Assembly: GCA_963778375.1 (NCBI GenBank)
Contig: CAVZTX010000008.1
Location: forward strand, 59,366-123,365
Reading direction: 5' to 3'
Length of the DNA stretch: 64,000 bases
Source of the DNA: an uncultured Chloroflexia bacterium
GTDB lineage: Bacteria > Chloroflexota > Ktedonobacteria > Ktedonobacterales > Ktedonobacteraceae
Shown: positions 48,589-59,538 of the stretch, one piece after another
How positions within the stretch are numbered: position 1 is the first letter of the stretch
How the letters are laid out: each line of letters starts with the position of its first letter
Program-made: the position numbers and the translations under genes
The notes under the pieces: generated by a model
Told to the model about the DNA's origin: nothing
What the model saw: the letters and a program-made list of their open reading frames with translations, nothing else
The model's database searches: none

Positions 48589-49775
48589 ACAAACATCGCA
48601 ACGTCGAGCGTGCCGAACAGATCATGGAACAGTATCTCGATGATCTGAAAAACATCGTCAATATCGACTCTGGCACCTTCACTAAAGCAGGCGTCAATCG
48701 CGTCGGAGCATATTTGCAAGAGCGCTTTCAGGCATTCGGCTTCTCCACACGCTTTGACCCTCAAGAGAACTATGGCAATCACCTCATTGCAACCCACGCA
48801 GGCCAGTCTGCACAAGGTCCGCGTATCCTCCTGATTGGGCATATCGACACAGTATTTCCTGAAGGCGAGGCACAACGCAGACCATTTACTATTAGCGAGC
48901 GTGAGCGCTCTGCATCCCCTCAAGACAACGGAAAGCGCATCGCTACAGGCCCGGGAATACTCGATATGAAGTCAGGCGTACTCATCGGCATATATGGTCT
49001 GCACCTCTTGATAGAATCTCAGGAAACCACCTATCAGAGCGTCACGTTTGTCTGCAACAGTGACGAGGAGGTAGGTTCTCCAAGCAGCACACCGCTCATA
49101 AAGGAACTGGCTCGCCAGGCAGATGCCGTACTTGTTCTGGAACCCGGGCGCACTGAAAACACTGTAGTCTCCTCTCGTAAGGGCGTCGGCAAATATCGCG
49201 TCGAAGTCCGCGGCATCTCTTCCCATGCCGGCGTAGAACCCAAACGCGGTCGCAATGCCATCCTTGAACTTTCCTACCAGGTGCAAGGCATGCAGGCCCT
49301 CAACGATACCATCCCCGGTGCAACCCTCAACGTCGGCATCATTGCTGGTGGTGAACGCACCAACGTCGTACCCGACTACGCCTACTGCGACATGGATATC
49401 CGTGTAAGCGATTCGACCGGATTCGAGGCCCTGGAAGCTGCCATGCGTAGAGTGGCCTCCAAAACCGTCCTGCAAGGAACCACCATTACCCTCACCGGCA
49501 GCCTATGGCACCACCCCTTCGAACGCACCAAAGGCAACGCCCAGCTTGTCCAACTGGTCAAAGAAGCTGGAAAAGAGCTAGGACTGAAGATCGAAGATGT
49601 TGGCAGCGGCGGTGGTTCCGACGCCAACACCACCGCCGCGATGGGCATTCCCACCCTCGACGGCCTTGGCGCAGGCGGCGGCCTTGCCCACAACCCCGGC
49701 GAATTTATCGAACTTGATTACCTGCCGACACGTATTGCATTACTTGCTGGACTGGTGAGGAAGATTAGCAGCTAA
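48585..49775 (+). CDS. M20-family metallopeptidase (ArgE/DapE/carboxypeptidase G2-like)
   Basis: LIGHIDTVFPEG, NSDEEVGS and acid/His metal ligands. TTG at 48585 overlaps the upstream TGA (alternative ATG at 48624). Confidence 0.8.
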   Translation: MNKHRNVERAEQIMEQYLDDLKNIVNIDSGTFTKAGVNRVGAYLQERFQAFGFSTRFDPQENYGNHLIATHAGQSAQGPRILLIGHIDTVFPEGEAQRRPFTISERERSASPQDNGKRIATGPGILDMKSGVLIGIYGLHLLIESQETTYQSVTFVCNSDEEVGSPSSTPLIKELARQADAVLVLEPGRTENTVVSSRKGVGKYRVEVRGISSHAGVEPKRGRNAILELSYQVQGMQALNDTIPGATLNVGIIAGGERTNVVPDYAYCDMDIRVSDSTGFEALEAAMRRVASKTVLQGTTITLTGSLWHHPFERTKGNAQLVQLVKEAGKELGLKIEDVGSGGGSDANTTAAMGIPTLDGLGAGGGLAHNPGEFIELDYLPTRIALLAGLVRKISS

Positions 49776-49866
49776 TCACCCTTCTAAAGTGCGTTCCAGG
49801 CTCTCGACAGCGTAGTTCCGATATGTTACACTTTGAACAGAATGAAGAGGTAGGAGGGCTTTCGAT

Positions 49867-50784
49867 GTGCCTGGACCGTATGATGATAGCCTTAAAAAGT
49901 TGATCAGCGCGAACCCGCAAGATTTCATTTCATTGGTACTTGGTGAAGGAGATTTCGAGAAAACTTTAGATCACGAACTGAAGAGTGTGCATATTTATGC
50001 CGATGCGTTGCTTCAAGCAGTTCAAAACGGGGAGCAAATGCTGGTACATATCGAATTCCAGAGCGGCAATGATCCAAAAATGCAAGAACGCCTTCTGGAA
50101 TACAACACCCTTGCATCGCGTGAATATGATTACCTTCCAGTCTACTCGTGCGTAATCTATTTGAAGAAGGATGGTGACATTCCGCAAGCACCCTTCATTA
50201 AGAAGATTCCTAATGGTAAAGAAGTAGTGCGCTTTCACTACAGCAGCATTGAATTATATGATATTCCTGCTGACGAGCTTCTGGATGCGGGATTGGTAGG
50301 ATTGCTACCACTTCTGCCGCTCACAAAAGACGGAGCGCGACATGAAGTGGTAGAAAAGATGATTACGAGTCTTGTATTCGCCGAAAGAACCGAGTTATTA
50401 TGGTTTGGATATGCACTTGCATCAAAGGTATTCAAAGCCGATCTGAGTTGGCTTAGAAGGAGGTTCGCCGTGTTTAACGATATACTTCGGGATACACCAA
50501 TCTATCAAGAGGTATTGGAAGAGGGCATGGAAATGGGTATTGAGAAGGGCATCGAGAAGGGCCATCAAGAGGCCCTCCAGCAAGAACTTCGACGACAGCG
50601 TGAGGCGTTATTAGATATAGTCCTCGAACGTTTCCCAAAAATTGCACGACTGACAAGCAAACTCATAGAAACCATCGAAGACCCCGCAATCCTGTTGCGT
50701 TTGATCGTCAAGATGAGTACAGTGCAAACTGCTGAAGAAGCCAAACAACTCCTCTTCGATGTAACTGAAGATGAAGAGAACTGA
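49867..50784 (+). CDS. Rpn/YhgA-like PD-(D/E)XK nuclease / putative transposase family protein with DUF4351-like C-terminus
   Basis: N-terminal DSLKKLISANPQDFISLVLGE...IHIEFQS and C-terminal ...RLTSKLIETIEDPAILLRLIVKMSTVQTAEEAKQLL resemble this family. Confidence 0.5.
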   Translation: MPGPYDDSLKKLISANPQDFISLVLGEGDFEKTLDHELKSVHIYADALLQAVQNGEQMLVHIEFQSGNDPKMQERLLEYNTLASREYDYLPVYSCVIYLKKDGDIPQAPFIKKIPNGKEVVRFHYSSIELYDIPADELLDAGLVGLLPLLPLTKDGARHEVVEKMITSLVFAERTELLWFGYALASKVFKADLSWLRRRFAVFNDILRDTPIYQEVLEEGMEMGIEKGIEKGHQEALQQELRRQREALLDIVLERFPKIARLTSKLIETIEDPAILLRLIVKMSTVQTAEEAKQLLFDVTEDEEN

Positions 50785-50790
50785 CACAGC

Positions 50791-51990
50791 ATGAACTTCG
50801 GCAAGCAGCACATCTACGACCTGCCCATCAACGACATCATCTACCTCGGCGTCCTCGCCCAACAGTTACAGCAAGAGGCCAAGGAGCGCGGAGAGACCTT
50901 GCCACCATTAGCACGCTTGCAGGTCGGCGAACCCAGCTTTCGCACCCCTGAACATATTCGTCAGGCAGCCATACAAGCCATTGCAAGCGAACCAATGACA
51001 TATGGCCCTGCCGCTGGCTGGCCCTGGCTGCGAGAACTGCTGGCCGAGAAAATTGAGCGCGTCAATGGCTACAAAGTTGGTCCCCAGCACATTGCCATCG
51101 GAATGGGAGGCACAGGCGCAATCCTGGCAGCCCTGACCGCAACCATAGGTCCAGGCGACGAAGTGCTCTTGCCCGACCCTCACTGGCCCCAGTACAGCAT
51201 GCAGATCGCCTGTTGTGGTGCCACAGAAGTTCTCTACCCTCTTGACCCACAAAACTCATGGCTGCCAGAAATACCGCAATTGGAGCGACTAGTCACGCCC
51301 CGCACACGCCTGCTGGTCATCAACAGTCCAGGCAACCCCACTGGAGCAGTCTTTCCCAAACAGCTTGTAAACGACCTGCTCGACTTCGCTCGTCGCCACG
51401 ACCTCTACCTGCTTTCGGACGAGTGCTACGACGAAATCATCTTTGAGGGCAAACCTACCAGCCCAGCCACATTAATGGACCATGACGAATTTGAGTCGGG
51501 CAGGCTCATCTGTATCTACACCTTCTCCAAAACCTACGCCATGACAGGCTGGCGCATCGGCTACGTCGTCACGGGAACAGAACTAACGAAAACCATCAGC
51601 TACGTACTCGACGCAAGCTTCACAAACATCAGCACCGCCATTCAACGAGCTGCTGCTGCTGCACTAACCGGCCCGCAATCCTGCGTCTCCGAAATGCGCG
51701 ATGCCTATCATCGCCGCCGTGACCTCGTCGTCAACCTGCTCAAAGACTTTGGACGTTACGAATACACCCCGCACGGCGCATTTTACACATTAGTCGATGT
51801 TACCAGCCCTCATGGATTACAACGCCGAGGACGACAATTCGCCCTCGACCTGCTGCGAGAACGCAACGTCGCCGTAGCACCCGGCAGCAGCTTCGGCTAC
51901 CGTCGCCGACCGCTACGTCCGCATCTCACTTGCAGCTTCAGACGAAGAGATCGAGCGTGGGGTGAGGGAGATTTGTGCGTTTGCGGATAG
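50791..51990 (+). CDS. PLP-dependent aspartate/aromatic aminotransferase (class I); C-terminal about 30 aa frameshifted
   Basis: SKTYAMTGWRIGY Lys region, NSPGNPTG and LLSDECYDE motifs. After ...APGSSFG the conserved tail (TVADRYVRISLAASDEEIERGVREICAFADR) is in the +1 frame from about 51897. Confidence 0.8.
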   Translation: MNFGKQHIYDLPINDIIYLGVLAQQLQQEAKERGETLPPLARLQVGEPSFRTPEHIRQAAIQAIASEPMTYGPAAGWPWLRELLAEKIERVNGYKVGPQHIAIGMGGTGAILAALTATIGPGDEVLLPDPHWPQYSMQIACCGATEVLYPLDPQNSWLPEIPQLERLVTPRTRLLVINSPGNPTGAVFPKQLVNDLLDFARRHDLYLLSDECYDEIIFEGKPTSPATLMDHDEFESGRLICIYTFSKTYAMTGWRIGYVVTGTELTKTISYVLDASFTNISTAIQRAAAAALTGPQSCVSEMRDAYHRRRDLVVNLLKDFGRYEYTPHGAFYTLVDVTSPHGLQRRGRQFALDLLRERNVAVAPGSSFGYRRRPLRPHLTCSFRRRDRAWGEGDLCVCG

Positions 51991-51995
51991 GTAGC

Positions 51996-52844
51996 TCACT
52001 TATACGCCACAACCCCAAACGCCTCCGGCCTCCGCACAACCCTCTTAAATCCCGCCTCCTGAAGGCGACGCAGCACACCCTTCGTCACATTGCCACTTGC
52101 CTTACTATTCGGATCACCAATATAGTGAAACAGCCGTCCGCCACGCTTCAGCACACGGTGTAATTGCTGATAAAATGCCCCCGAATACAGATCACCCGCA
52201 AGACTAAACGTAGGTGGATCATGCAGAATACGCGAAAAACTCTCATCCGCAAAGCCCGGCACAACCTCAAATGCATCACCCATCACCTGCCGAATCTTAG
52301 GATTAGAGAACAGCGCCTGCGACCACGGATTGAGCCGCGCCATCTCCTGCGCACCCGGATCAAGCTCAATCGTCACAACCTCATCCGCGGTTTTAGCCGC
52401 CTCGATAGCTGTGTAGCCCAGTCCCGTTGCCGTATCCAGTACGCATCCCACAATCGGCGTAATGGCCGCAACCTTCTTCAAGGTATCCTGGATAGGATCG
52501 ACATCCTTAATACGATGCATCAAGAACCCCGCGATCAACATACTAGGCGCACCTTGCGTCGGCATCAGGCTGCACATGCGATTCGTATACTCTGAAAACA
52601 CCTGTATAGGTCTCGCATCACCATCTTCAACAACAAAGCAATTGACCGCCGACTTTCGAATTTTCTCAACGACCTGCCAGTTCAATTGTTCCCCATTCGG
52701 AAATACCACCCCTTCAGGCGTAATAGTCACCGTTGCCGTTGTAAGCCCTAAATCCAGCGAAACATCGGCAGTCCCTTGCCCCAAACGTTTTACCTCAAGC
52801 AATGGCTGTACCTGAACATATGATAGGATGATGGGAAGCTTCAT
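51996..52844 (-). CDS. class I SAM-dependent methyltransferase (substrate unknown)
   Basis: [16 protein letters not shown] and ELDP match Rossmann motif I/II. Size is 282 aa. Confidence 0.5.
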   Translation of the reverse strand: MKLPIILSYVQVQPLLEVKRLGQGTADVSLDLGLTTATVTITPEGVVFPNGEQLNWQVVEKIRKSAVNCFVVEDGDARPIQVFSEYTNRMCSLMPTQGAPSMLIAGFLMHRIKDVDPIQDTLKKVAAITPIVGCVLDTATGLGYTAIEAAKTADEVVTIELDPGAQEMARLNPWSQALFSNPKIRQVMGDAFEVVPGFADESFSRILHDPPTFSLAGDLYSGAFYQQLHRVLKRGGRLFHYIGDPNSKASGNVTKGVLRRLQEAGFKRVVRRPEAFGVVAYK

Positions 52845-53075
52845 GCCTTAGCCACCATCTTCCATCGAAAATTGAACCAATCGCTTCATAGACATCCTCC
52901 TCAAAATAGTGCGTAATACAAACAATAAGACTCGTTGAAAACAATCTACCTCATAAGCCTTCGCTTTTCAACAAAATAACAATCAACCATCTTGCCCCAT
53001 CGCCCTCACTGAACTATAATGGCAGCATCACAATTCTTTGTAACGTTACTTGGAAGTAAGGCATCCGAAAAAAGT

Positions 53076-53621
53076 ATGCATATCAGCGAACCCGCCGAAT
53101 ACGTCATTCTGGGACTGCTAGACAGCAAGTCCATGCATGGCTACGAGATGTTTCAGCACTTTGAAGGTGGCACATTAGGCGAGATCGTCCACCTGGAGAT
53201 GAGCCAGATGTACGCGTTCTTGAAAAAGCTCGAACGCCTTGTGTACATCGAGGCCGACCTGGAACCTCAAGGAGTGCGTCCCCCACGCAAAGTCTATCAT
53301 CTCACTGCGCTGGGACGCGACGTATTCCGGCACTGGCTGACGGAACCGGTTGAGCGCCCGCGCGATATTCGCATCCTTTTCCTCATCAAGCTCTATTTTG
53401 CCCAGCACATCACACCCGACCAAACATCGCACCTGGTTGAATTACAGGTTCTTGCCTGCCGCAAATTCCTCGAACACCTTGAATCGCGACGTCCTGACGA
53501 CGTGGAGTCAGGTGACGAAGCCTTCTTCGACCATGTAGTCCTGCGTAGTCGCATCCACCAGACACGCGCACTCCTCGATTGGCTGCGTGAACTGCAACAT
53601 GAAATGGCGGAATCCCATTAA
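53076..53621 (+). CDS. PadR-family transcriptional regulator
   Basis: YVILGLLDSKSMHGYEMFQHFE....SQMYAFLKKLERLVYIE is the winged-helix PadR signature. Confidence 0.8.
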   Translation: MHISEPAEYVILGLLDSKSMHGYEMFQHFEGGTLGEIVHLEMSQMYAFLKKLERLVYIEADLEPQGVRPPRKVYHLTALGRDVFRHWLTEPVERPRDIRILFLIKLYFAQHITPDQTSHLVELQVLACRKFLEHLESRRPDDVESGDEAFFDHVVLRSRIHQTRALLDWLRELQHEMAESH

Positions 53622-53674
53622 CTGTTGCCCCTCTTCCTTAACTGTGCTACTATCTATTTCGTAAAGTACTATTT

Positions 53675-54736
53675 ATGACCATACGACCGAGGTTCATCAT
53701 GCAGCTTTTATCCGTAACGGCCACAGCATCACCTGGACTTGCAAGCCTGTCCACCTATCTTTTTATAGCAGGTCTGATCACAACTATTGTCATGACCGGG
53801 ATATATTTCTGGTACACGTTAGGCAGCGCGCGGCTGGCAAAGCGACTGGCTGTAGAGCGCGTCCGCAGTAAAACCAACAAAGCAACTAAAACGGCCACTG
53901 TTGGAGGCGGCGTCGGCACACTCGTACGCACTGATGTCGTAACACACGAGCAGCCCGATGGCGAAAAGCCTATCGCGCTGAATCACCATTTGATTATCAC
54001 CGGGCGCATCGGAACTGCATTAGGCTGGCTCGCCGTCTGCATACTCTTCCTGTCACAGCTTTTCCGCGCCATCGTAGAGCAGCACGCCCCTTGGAGCAAC
54101 TTGTTCGAGTTCAGCGTGAGTTTCACCGTAGCCTTGCTGCTCTGCTACCTGCTCTTTGAGGCCCGTTTCCACGAGCGTGTGCGGGCCTGGGGCATTTATG
54201 TCTCTGCCTTTGCGGTAGTCACCCTCGGCATGGCGATCCTCATCGGCACGACCTATGATCTGATCAATAGTTCTTCAGCGCTCATTCCCGCTCTGCAAGA
54301 CAAGCCCATCCTGCTGATCCATGTCTCGATGGCAATCTTCGCCTACGCGCTCTTTAGCGTTGCCTTCGGCGCTGCTCTCATCGTTCTTGCTCAAGGCGGA
54401 GAGGGCCAACGCTTCACCTGGCTACCCTCAGCAGAAGCCGCGGACGAACTCGGCTACAAAGCCGTAATCTTTGGCTTCCCACTGCTGGCACTAACATTGA
54501 TCCTGGGTGCCTATTGGGCAAACTATGCCTGGGGAAGCTACTGGAGTTGGGACCCGAAAGAGACTTCGGCTCTCATCACCTGGCTGATTTACGCGGTCTA
54601 CCTCCACGCCCGTGGCATTCGCGGCTGGCACGGCAAAAAGACTGGCTGGCTGTTAGTAATCGGATTTGCCGCCACGCTATTCACCTACTACGGCGTCAGC
54701 TTCTTCGTCCCCAGCCTACATAGCTACGCGAAGTGA
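53675..54736 (+). CDS. ccsA: cytochrome c biogenesis protein CcsA/ResC (system II heme handling)
   Basis: W-rich WAnYAWGSYWSWDPKE motif. Conserved His residues and polytopic topology. Confidence 0.8.
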   Translation: MTIRPRFIMQLLSVTATASPGLASLSTYLFIAGLITTIVMTGIYFWYTLGSARLAKRLAVERVRSKTNKATKTATVGGGVGTLVRTDVVTHEQPDGEKPIALNHHLIITGRIGTALGWLAVCILFLSQLFRAIVEQHAPWSNLFEFSVSFTVALLLCYLLFEARFHERVRAWGIYVSAFAVVTLGMAILIGTTYDLINSSSALIPALQDKPILLIHVSMAIFAYALFSVAFGAALIVLAQGGEGQRFTWLPSAEAADELGYKAVIFGFPLLALTLILGAYWANYAWGSYWSWDPKETSALITWLIYAVYLHARGIRGWHGKKTGWLLVIGFAATLFTYYGVSFFVPSLHSYAK

Positions 54737-54748
54737 TAGCACCCTTTT

Positions 54749-55453
54749 TCATGTCCTCAGTGCTAATCGATACCGTGGATTATACGACTTATCGCAGTTG
54801 CTACACGAAACGGCCTGCGAGTAACGGCGAGCGCGTGGATACTGTTTGCCGCAATTTGGACATTCATAAAGGTAGCGAATCGGTCGACGCTCGCGGCGCA
54901 TACGTTCCCGCTGCACACTCTCTTCATGCAGCAAACGGCGCAACTCAACCACATCATAGCCAGTAATGGCAGCTTCATCGACAGCAATCGAATCATACCC
55001 ATGATGGCGGTGACGACGCGGCGTTCCATTAACACGATCAGCCAGGTGGATCAGTTCATGCGCAACCGTCACCTCAACCGACCGAGGTTGCATATCCGGC
55101 TCAATAAAAATCAAGTGACGATGATTAGCTTGATGCAACGGCGCTACCTCGCCAAAGCCTGACAGGGTTTGTACTGTCGAAGTCTTACGTGCGCGCGCAT
55201 TCCATGCCCGTTGAGGAGATGGCCCTGGAAGATAGCAATAACACCCCAGCACCATAAGATTGAGCCGCTTGCCCGTCCAGCGCATATACTCTTGACGATC
55301 CGTCGTGATAGCCAGAGAATTCAGTTCGTGCATTGGCAGTTGCAATCTCTGCCAATAAAATGTCAACCACTGTGAAATTACCGAACTACCGTGTATAATC
55401 GCGCCTGTCTGCCGTGGGGGCGGCGCAGGCGCAGGTCTACGTGCGGCAACCAT
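54749..55453 (-). CDS. SprT-like zinc metalloprotease domain protein with C-terminal zinc ribbon
   Basis: VAHELIHL (HExxH) and C-terminal YECPNCGKQY...CSNCD zinc ribbon. Confidence 0.5.
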   Translation of the reverse strand: MVAARRPAPAPPPRQTGAIIHGSSVISQWLTFYWQRLQLPMHELNSLAITTDRQEYMRWTGKRLNLMVLGCYCYLPGPSPQRAWNARARKTSTVQTLSGFGEVAPLHQANHRHLIFIEPDMQPRSVEVTVAHELIHLADRVNGTPRRHRHHGYDSIAVDEAAITGYDVVELRRLLHEESVQRERMRRERRPIRYLYECPNCGKQYPRARRYSQAVSCSNCDKSYNPRYRLALRT

Positions 55454-55674
55454 ACCGCTTTCTCACTCCTGACTAGAGCTTCCAAATGTATTCGACCTGG
55501 CGACCTTCGCGGCCGCCAGCTATCTGCATCCTTGCAAGTCGCATTGGCAGTATATCAGGCATAAGCGGCATACGCAAGACACAAGCCCAACTTGACACCT
55601 ATTTGTAGGAAGGCGTAAGATGACATTGCACATCAAGGCATTGAGATAGCCTTCCGCCGTCAGAAGGAGTTGGT

Positions 55675-56166
55675 ATGTCGTTTCACATCTGTATTCGAAC
55701 AGAGAAATCCCTGCAACAACTCGCCACGGAAATACGCAATATCTTTTCACTGCCCACATACCGGCAAAACTCTCATTCGAGTGAACCCTACTGTCAATTC
55801 GAGATGTTGGGGATGCTTATTCTCATCCAGCCAATGGAAGAGCACGAACGCGAACCCGAAGTCAGGGACTACCCATACAGCTTCGTCTTACAGCTATCCT
55901 TTGCCGACCATGAACTCAACACCGACGACTTGGAATATCGTCTCCAACCCTATTATGCCCAGTTGTTCAGTTTCAAACTCGGTGTAGATACCGCCTATCA
56001 AGAGAGACAAAAGACCGACCACCGTTCCTGGAAGATTCGCTATCACTTCTGCTGCAAGAATCCTCGTTGGAATGGCTCAGTCCTATATGGCGAGCCAGGC
56101 TGGGAACCCGCTGTAATCGAGGCCCCGCCAAGTCCATGGCGCGCTATGCTTCCACCAATCTTGTAG
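55675..56166 (+). CDS. hypothetical protein
   Basis: 163 aa, no recognised motif. Codon usage is consistent with neighbours. Confidence 0.3.
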   Translation: MSFHICIRTEKSLQQLATEIRNIFSLPTYRQNSHSSEPYCQFEMLGMLILIQPMEEHEREPEVRDYPYSFVLQLSFADHELNTDDLEYRLQPYYAQLFSFKLGVDTAYQERQKTDHRSWKIRYHFCCKNPRWNGSVLYGEPGWEPAVIEAPPSPWRAMLPPIL

Positions 56167-56202
56167 TCTTTCCTGATATTCACCCCTAGATGGAGACAAA
56201 AG

Positions 56203-56652
56203 ATGAGTATGTTGCATGCAGCCCCCGGTCAGGAGCTTTCCCCACTCGTCAAACCGCCCATCACGCAGGAGCAGCTTCGTCTCTACGCCGAGGCATCCGG
56301 CGACTACAACCCCATCCATCTTGACGAAGAGGCCGCGCACCGCGTCGGACTCGATAGCGTCATCGCACACGGCATGCTCAGCATGGCCTTCCTTGGGCAA
56401 TTCGTAACCCAGCAAATCGCCGATACCCCTGGTGCGCTTCTCTCGCATCTCCGAGTGCGCTTTATGAATATGGTGCGTCTCGGTGACACCCTCACCTGCC
56501 ATGGCGTAGTAAAGGCGAGCACAACTGACGACCAGGGGCAAGCATCCATCACAATCGAATGCTGGGCACAGAACCAGAAAGGTGAGAAAGTCACAGGCGG
56601 CGAAGCAGTAGTGCGCATTCCCCATACGCAAGCACAGGAGGCAAACGCATGA
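56203..56652 (+). CDS. MaoC-like (R)-specific enoyl-CoA hydratase, hot-dog fold
   Basis: YAEASGDYNPIHLDEEAAHRVGLDSVIAHGML is the MaoC dehydratase signature. Confidence 0.8.
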   Translation: MSMLHAAPGQELSPLVKPPITQEQLRLYAEASGDYNPIHLDEEAAHRVGLDSVIAHGMLSMAFLGQFVTQQIADTPGALLSHLRVRFMNMVRLGDTLTCHGVVKASTTDDQGQASITIECWAQNQKGEKVTGGEAVVRIPHTQAQEANA

Positions 56653-58261
56653 CAGACCAGCAACGAGACATGAGCAATCAAGAAAACATCCGCCTTCTCT
56701 ACGACCTTGCCATCTACAACTGCCTCCACTTTGGCACCTACAAAATGCTCATCTACGAAGACTCACAACAAGTACGTGAGTACACCAATCAAGAGATTGC
56801 CAGGGAAGCAACACAACTAGCAGCAGGTTTGCGTAGCTTAGGTATACAGAAAGGCGACCGCGTCATCGTCATGATGCTCAACTGCCCCGAAGTCATCATC
56901 TCCTACCAGGCAATCGCTCGCGCAGGCGCAATCATCATCCCCGTACTCCCACTCCTCAAAGGCCCAGAAGTCCGCTACATCGCCGAAAACTCTGCCGCTA
57001 AAGCCATCATTACGGACAATAACCTTCTGCCCTTGCTCCGTAACGCCCTGGCTGATGTCCCCACCATGCAGCATATTATTTCTACCGGCATCGAGGCAAA
57101 CACGGCAAACGATGAACCGCGCTCCCATACAATACACGCCTACAAAGACATTGTAGCTAAAGGTGCAGTCCGCAGGCTGATCATTACCTGCAAGACCTGG
57201 AAGGGGTGTCGCTCTCGCAGGACGATATCGCCGTCACGCTCTACACTTCCGGCACGACCGGCCGTCCGAAAGGAGTTGTGCTCTCTCATCGCAACCTGAT
57301 CGCTAATGCCCGCAGCGCTCGTAGGGCGAACACATCAGAAGAAATGGTCGGAGAGGTGCAGCTTGCCATCCTGCCCCTGGCACATAGCTTTGGCCTACTT
57401 GTCTCCAACGTCGCGTACCTGAGCGGGGCAACCTTAGTCATGCATCCCCGCTTCGATACCACGGCCGTACTTTCGGCCATTGAACGTTATCGCATCAGCG
57501 GCTTCGCGGGCGTACCAGCTATGTTTGTAGCGCTGCTCTACACGCCCGACGCCGACAAATATGATACGAGTAGCTTAGAGAACTGCGTATGTGGCTCTGC
57601 CCCTCTGCCTCTTGCGGTTCTGGAGGCATTTGAGCAGAAATATAACTGCAAGATACTCGAGGGCTATGGACTCACCGAGGCAACCACAGCCCTTACCGGA
57701 CACCGCGTAGATATGCCCCGCAAGCCCGGCTCAGTAGGCAAACCAATCGAAGATGTTGAAATACTCGTGGTGGATGAAAACGATAACCCCCTACCCGTTG
57801 GCGAGGTAGGCGAGGTAATTGCCCGCGGTCCCAACATCATGCAGGGCTACTACAACATGCCCGCAGAAACAGCGTCAGTGCTCCGTAACGGCTGGCTGCA
57901 TACCGGTGATATGGGCCGCTTTGACGAAGATGGCTACCTCTACATTGTAGAACGCAAGAAAGACCTGATTATTCGTGGCGGCCTGAACATCTATCCTCGC
58001 GACGTTGAAGAGGTGCTCAATCGCCACCCCGATGTCATCGAATCCGCCGTCATTGGTATTCCTTCCGAACGCATGGGTGAGGAGGTCAAAGCTTTCGTCG
58101 TTGCTCGCTCCAACATTGACGCGGAGACCCTCATGGCCTATTGCCGCGAGTCGCTGGCGAACTACAAAACGCCCAGTGAGATCGAGTTCGTGAACGTATT
58201 GCCGCGTAACATCGTTGGCAAAATCGACAAGAAAGAGCTAAGGAGACAACATGTCCATTGA
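56649..58261 (+). CDS. AMP-dependent acyl-CoA synthetase/ligase, split by one frameshift (ORFs 56649..57299 and 57206..58261)
   Basis: YTSGTTGRPKGV, GYGLTE, TGDMGRFDEDGYLYIVERKKD, IIRGGLNIYPRDVEEVL and NYKTP motifs. The frame change is near 57163-57180; one extra c in gtcc(c)gcag would restore ...AKGAVPQADHYLQDLEGVS... Confidence 0.8.
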
Positions 58262-59202
58262 AATACCCCTGGAAAACGCTTCATTGTCCCAATTGCAGCA
58301 AACGCCTATCGACAATGTGCTGAACATCATCGATCAGGGCCTCGTACATCTACCTTCCTACCGGGAACTGTACTATCGCTGGGAACGCCAGCAATGGCGT
58401 GCGCAAGACATCGATTTTACAGCAGACCGCAGGCAGTGGGAAGGCATGACGCATGACCAGCACGCCATGCGCATGTACGGCTTGTCTGCGTTCTTCCAGG
58501 GCGAGGCATGCGTCACCGACACACTGGCCCCCTATATCACAGCCATGCCCGACGAGGAAATGCGCATCTTCGTCACCACCCAACTGGTCGATGAGGCCCG
58601 CCATACCGTCTTCTTCGCGCGTTTCTTCGACGAAGTGCTTGGCGTTGAGAAAGATACAATGGAAGAGATGCTCGGAGTCGCCCGCCAGTACATGAACTCG
58701 CACATCAAATACATCCTGATCGACGCCCTTTCCGAAATCTCCGAGCGCATTCGCCAGCAACCCGCTAATCTGGCATATCTGATCGAAGGCGTCACACTCT
58801 ACCACGTCATCGTCGAGGGCATGATGGCCCTTGCAGGCCAGCGCGGCATCCTAGAGTATCTACCGCCTGAATGGACTCTTCCCAGCCTTCCGAGGGGGCT
58901 TCACCGCTGTAGCGCGTGACAAATCGCGTCACGTCGTATTCGGCGTGAAATTCCTGCGTGACATGATCCAGCGCGATGCCGCCAATGCGCAAGTTGTGCA
59001 GGCCGCCATCGAGAAATATGCACCCACTGCCCTCACCGCCATCACACCCGCAGCCGAGCAAATTCAAAATATTCTGGCAATGGGCGACGATCCCTGGGTA
59101 ACGCCACGCTTTGCGCAAGACTCCCTACGCAAGAAACTGAAGGTCATCGGCTTGAGCATGCCCTTACCCGAAGTCCCACCGCCACCGTTCTTTGGAGTGT
59201 AA
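58251..59202 (+). CDS. ferritin-like di-iron protein of the RNR-R2 / R2lox family, split by a frameshift at a GGGGG run
   Basis: QLVDEARHTVFF (ExxH) in ORF 58251..58919. The second metal-site region FTAVARDKSRHVVFG is in the +1 frame. Deleting one G at 58894-58898 joins ...LPRG to FTAVARD.... Confidence 0.7.
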
Positions 59203-59220
59203 GACACAAGGAGCATCCAT

Positions 59221-59499
59221 ATGATATCCGCCTTAGTTCTCATCAACGTACAGCGCGGGCAGGTAAATGAAACCGCCCAGAGCCTGCTAGAAATCGAAGG
59301 CGTGGCCGAGGTCTACTCCGTAACCGGCGAATACGACCTCGTCGCTCTCCTGCGCCTCGCCCGCTACGAAGACCTGGCCGACGTCGTCACAGCACATATG
59401 ATCCAACTGCCCGCGATCACCAAAACGAACACACTCATGGCTTTCCAATGCTACTCACGTGCGGACTTGCAGCAGGCCTGGGATATCGGAGTAGAGTAA
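59221..59499 (+). CDS. stand-alone Lrp/AsnC ligand-binding (RAM) domain protein
   Basis: 92 aa: ISALVLINVQRGQVNETAQSLLEIEGVAEVYSVTGEYDLVALLR... Confidence 0.65.
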   Translation: MISALVLINVQRGQVNETAQSLLEIEGVAEVYSVTGEYDLVALLRLARYEDLADVVTAHMIQLPAITKTNTLMAFQCYSRADLQQAWDIGVE

Positions 59500-59538
59500 G
59501 GCATAGCCCTTTCATCACACTAGAGAACGGAGTCTTCC

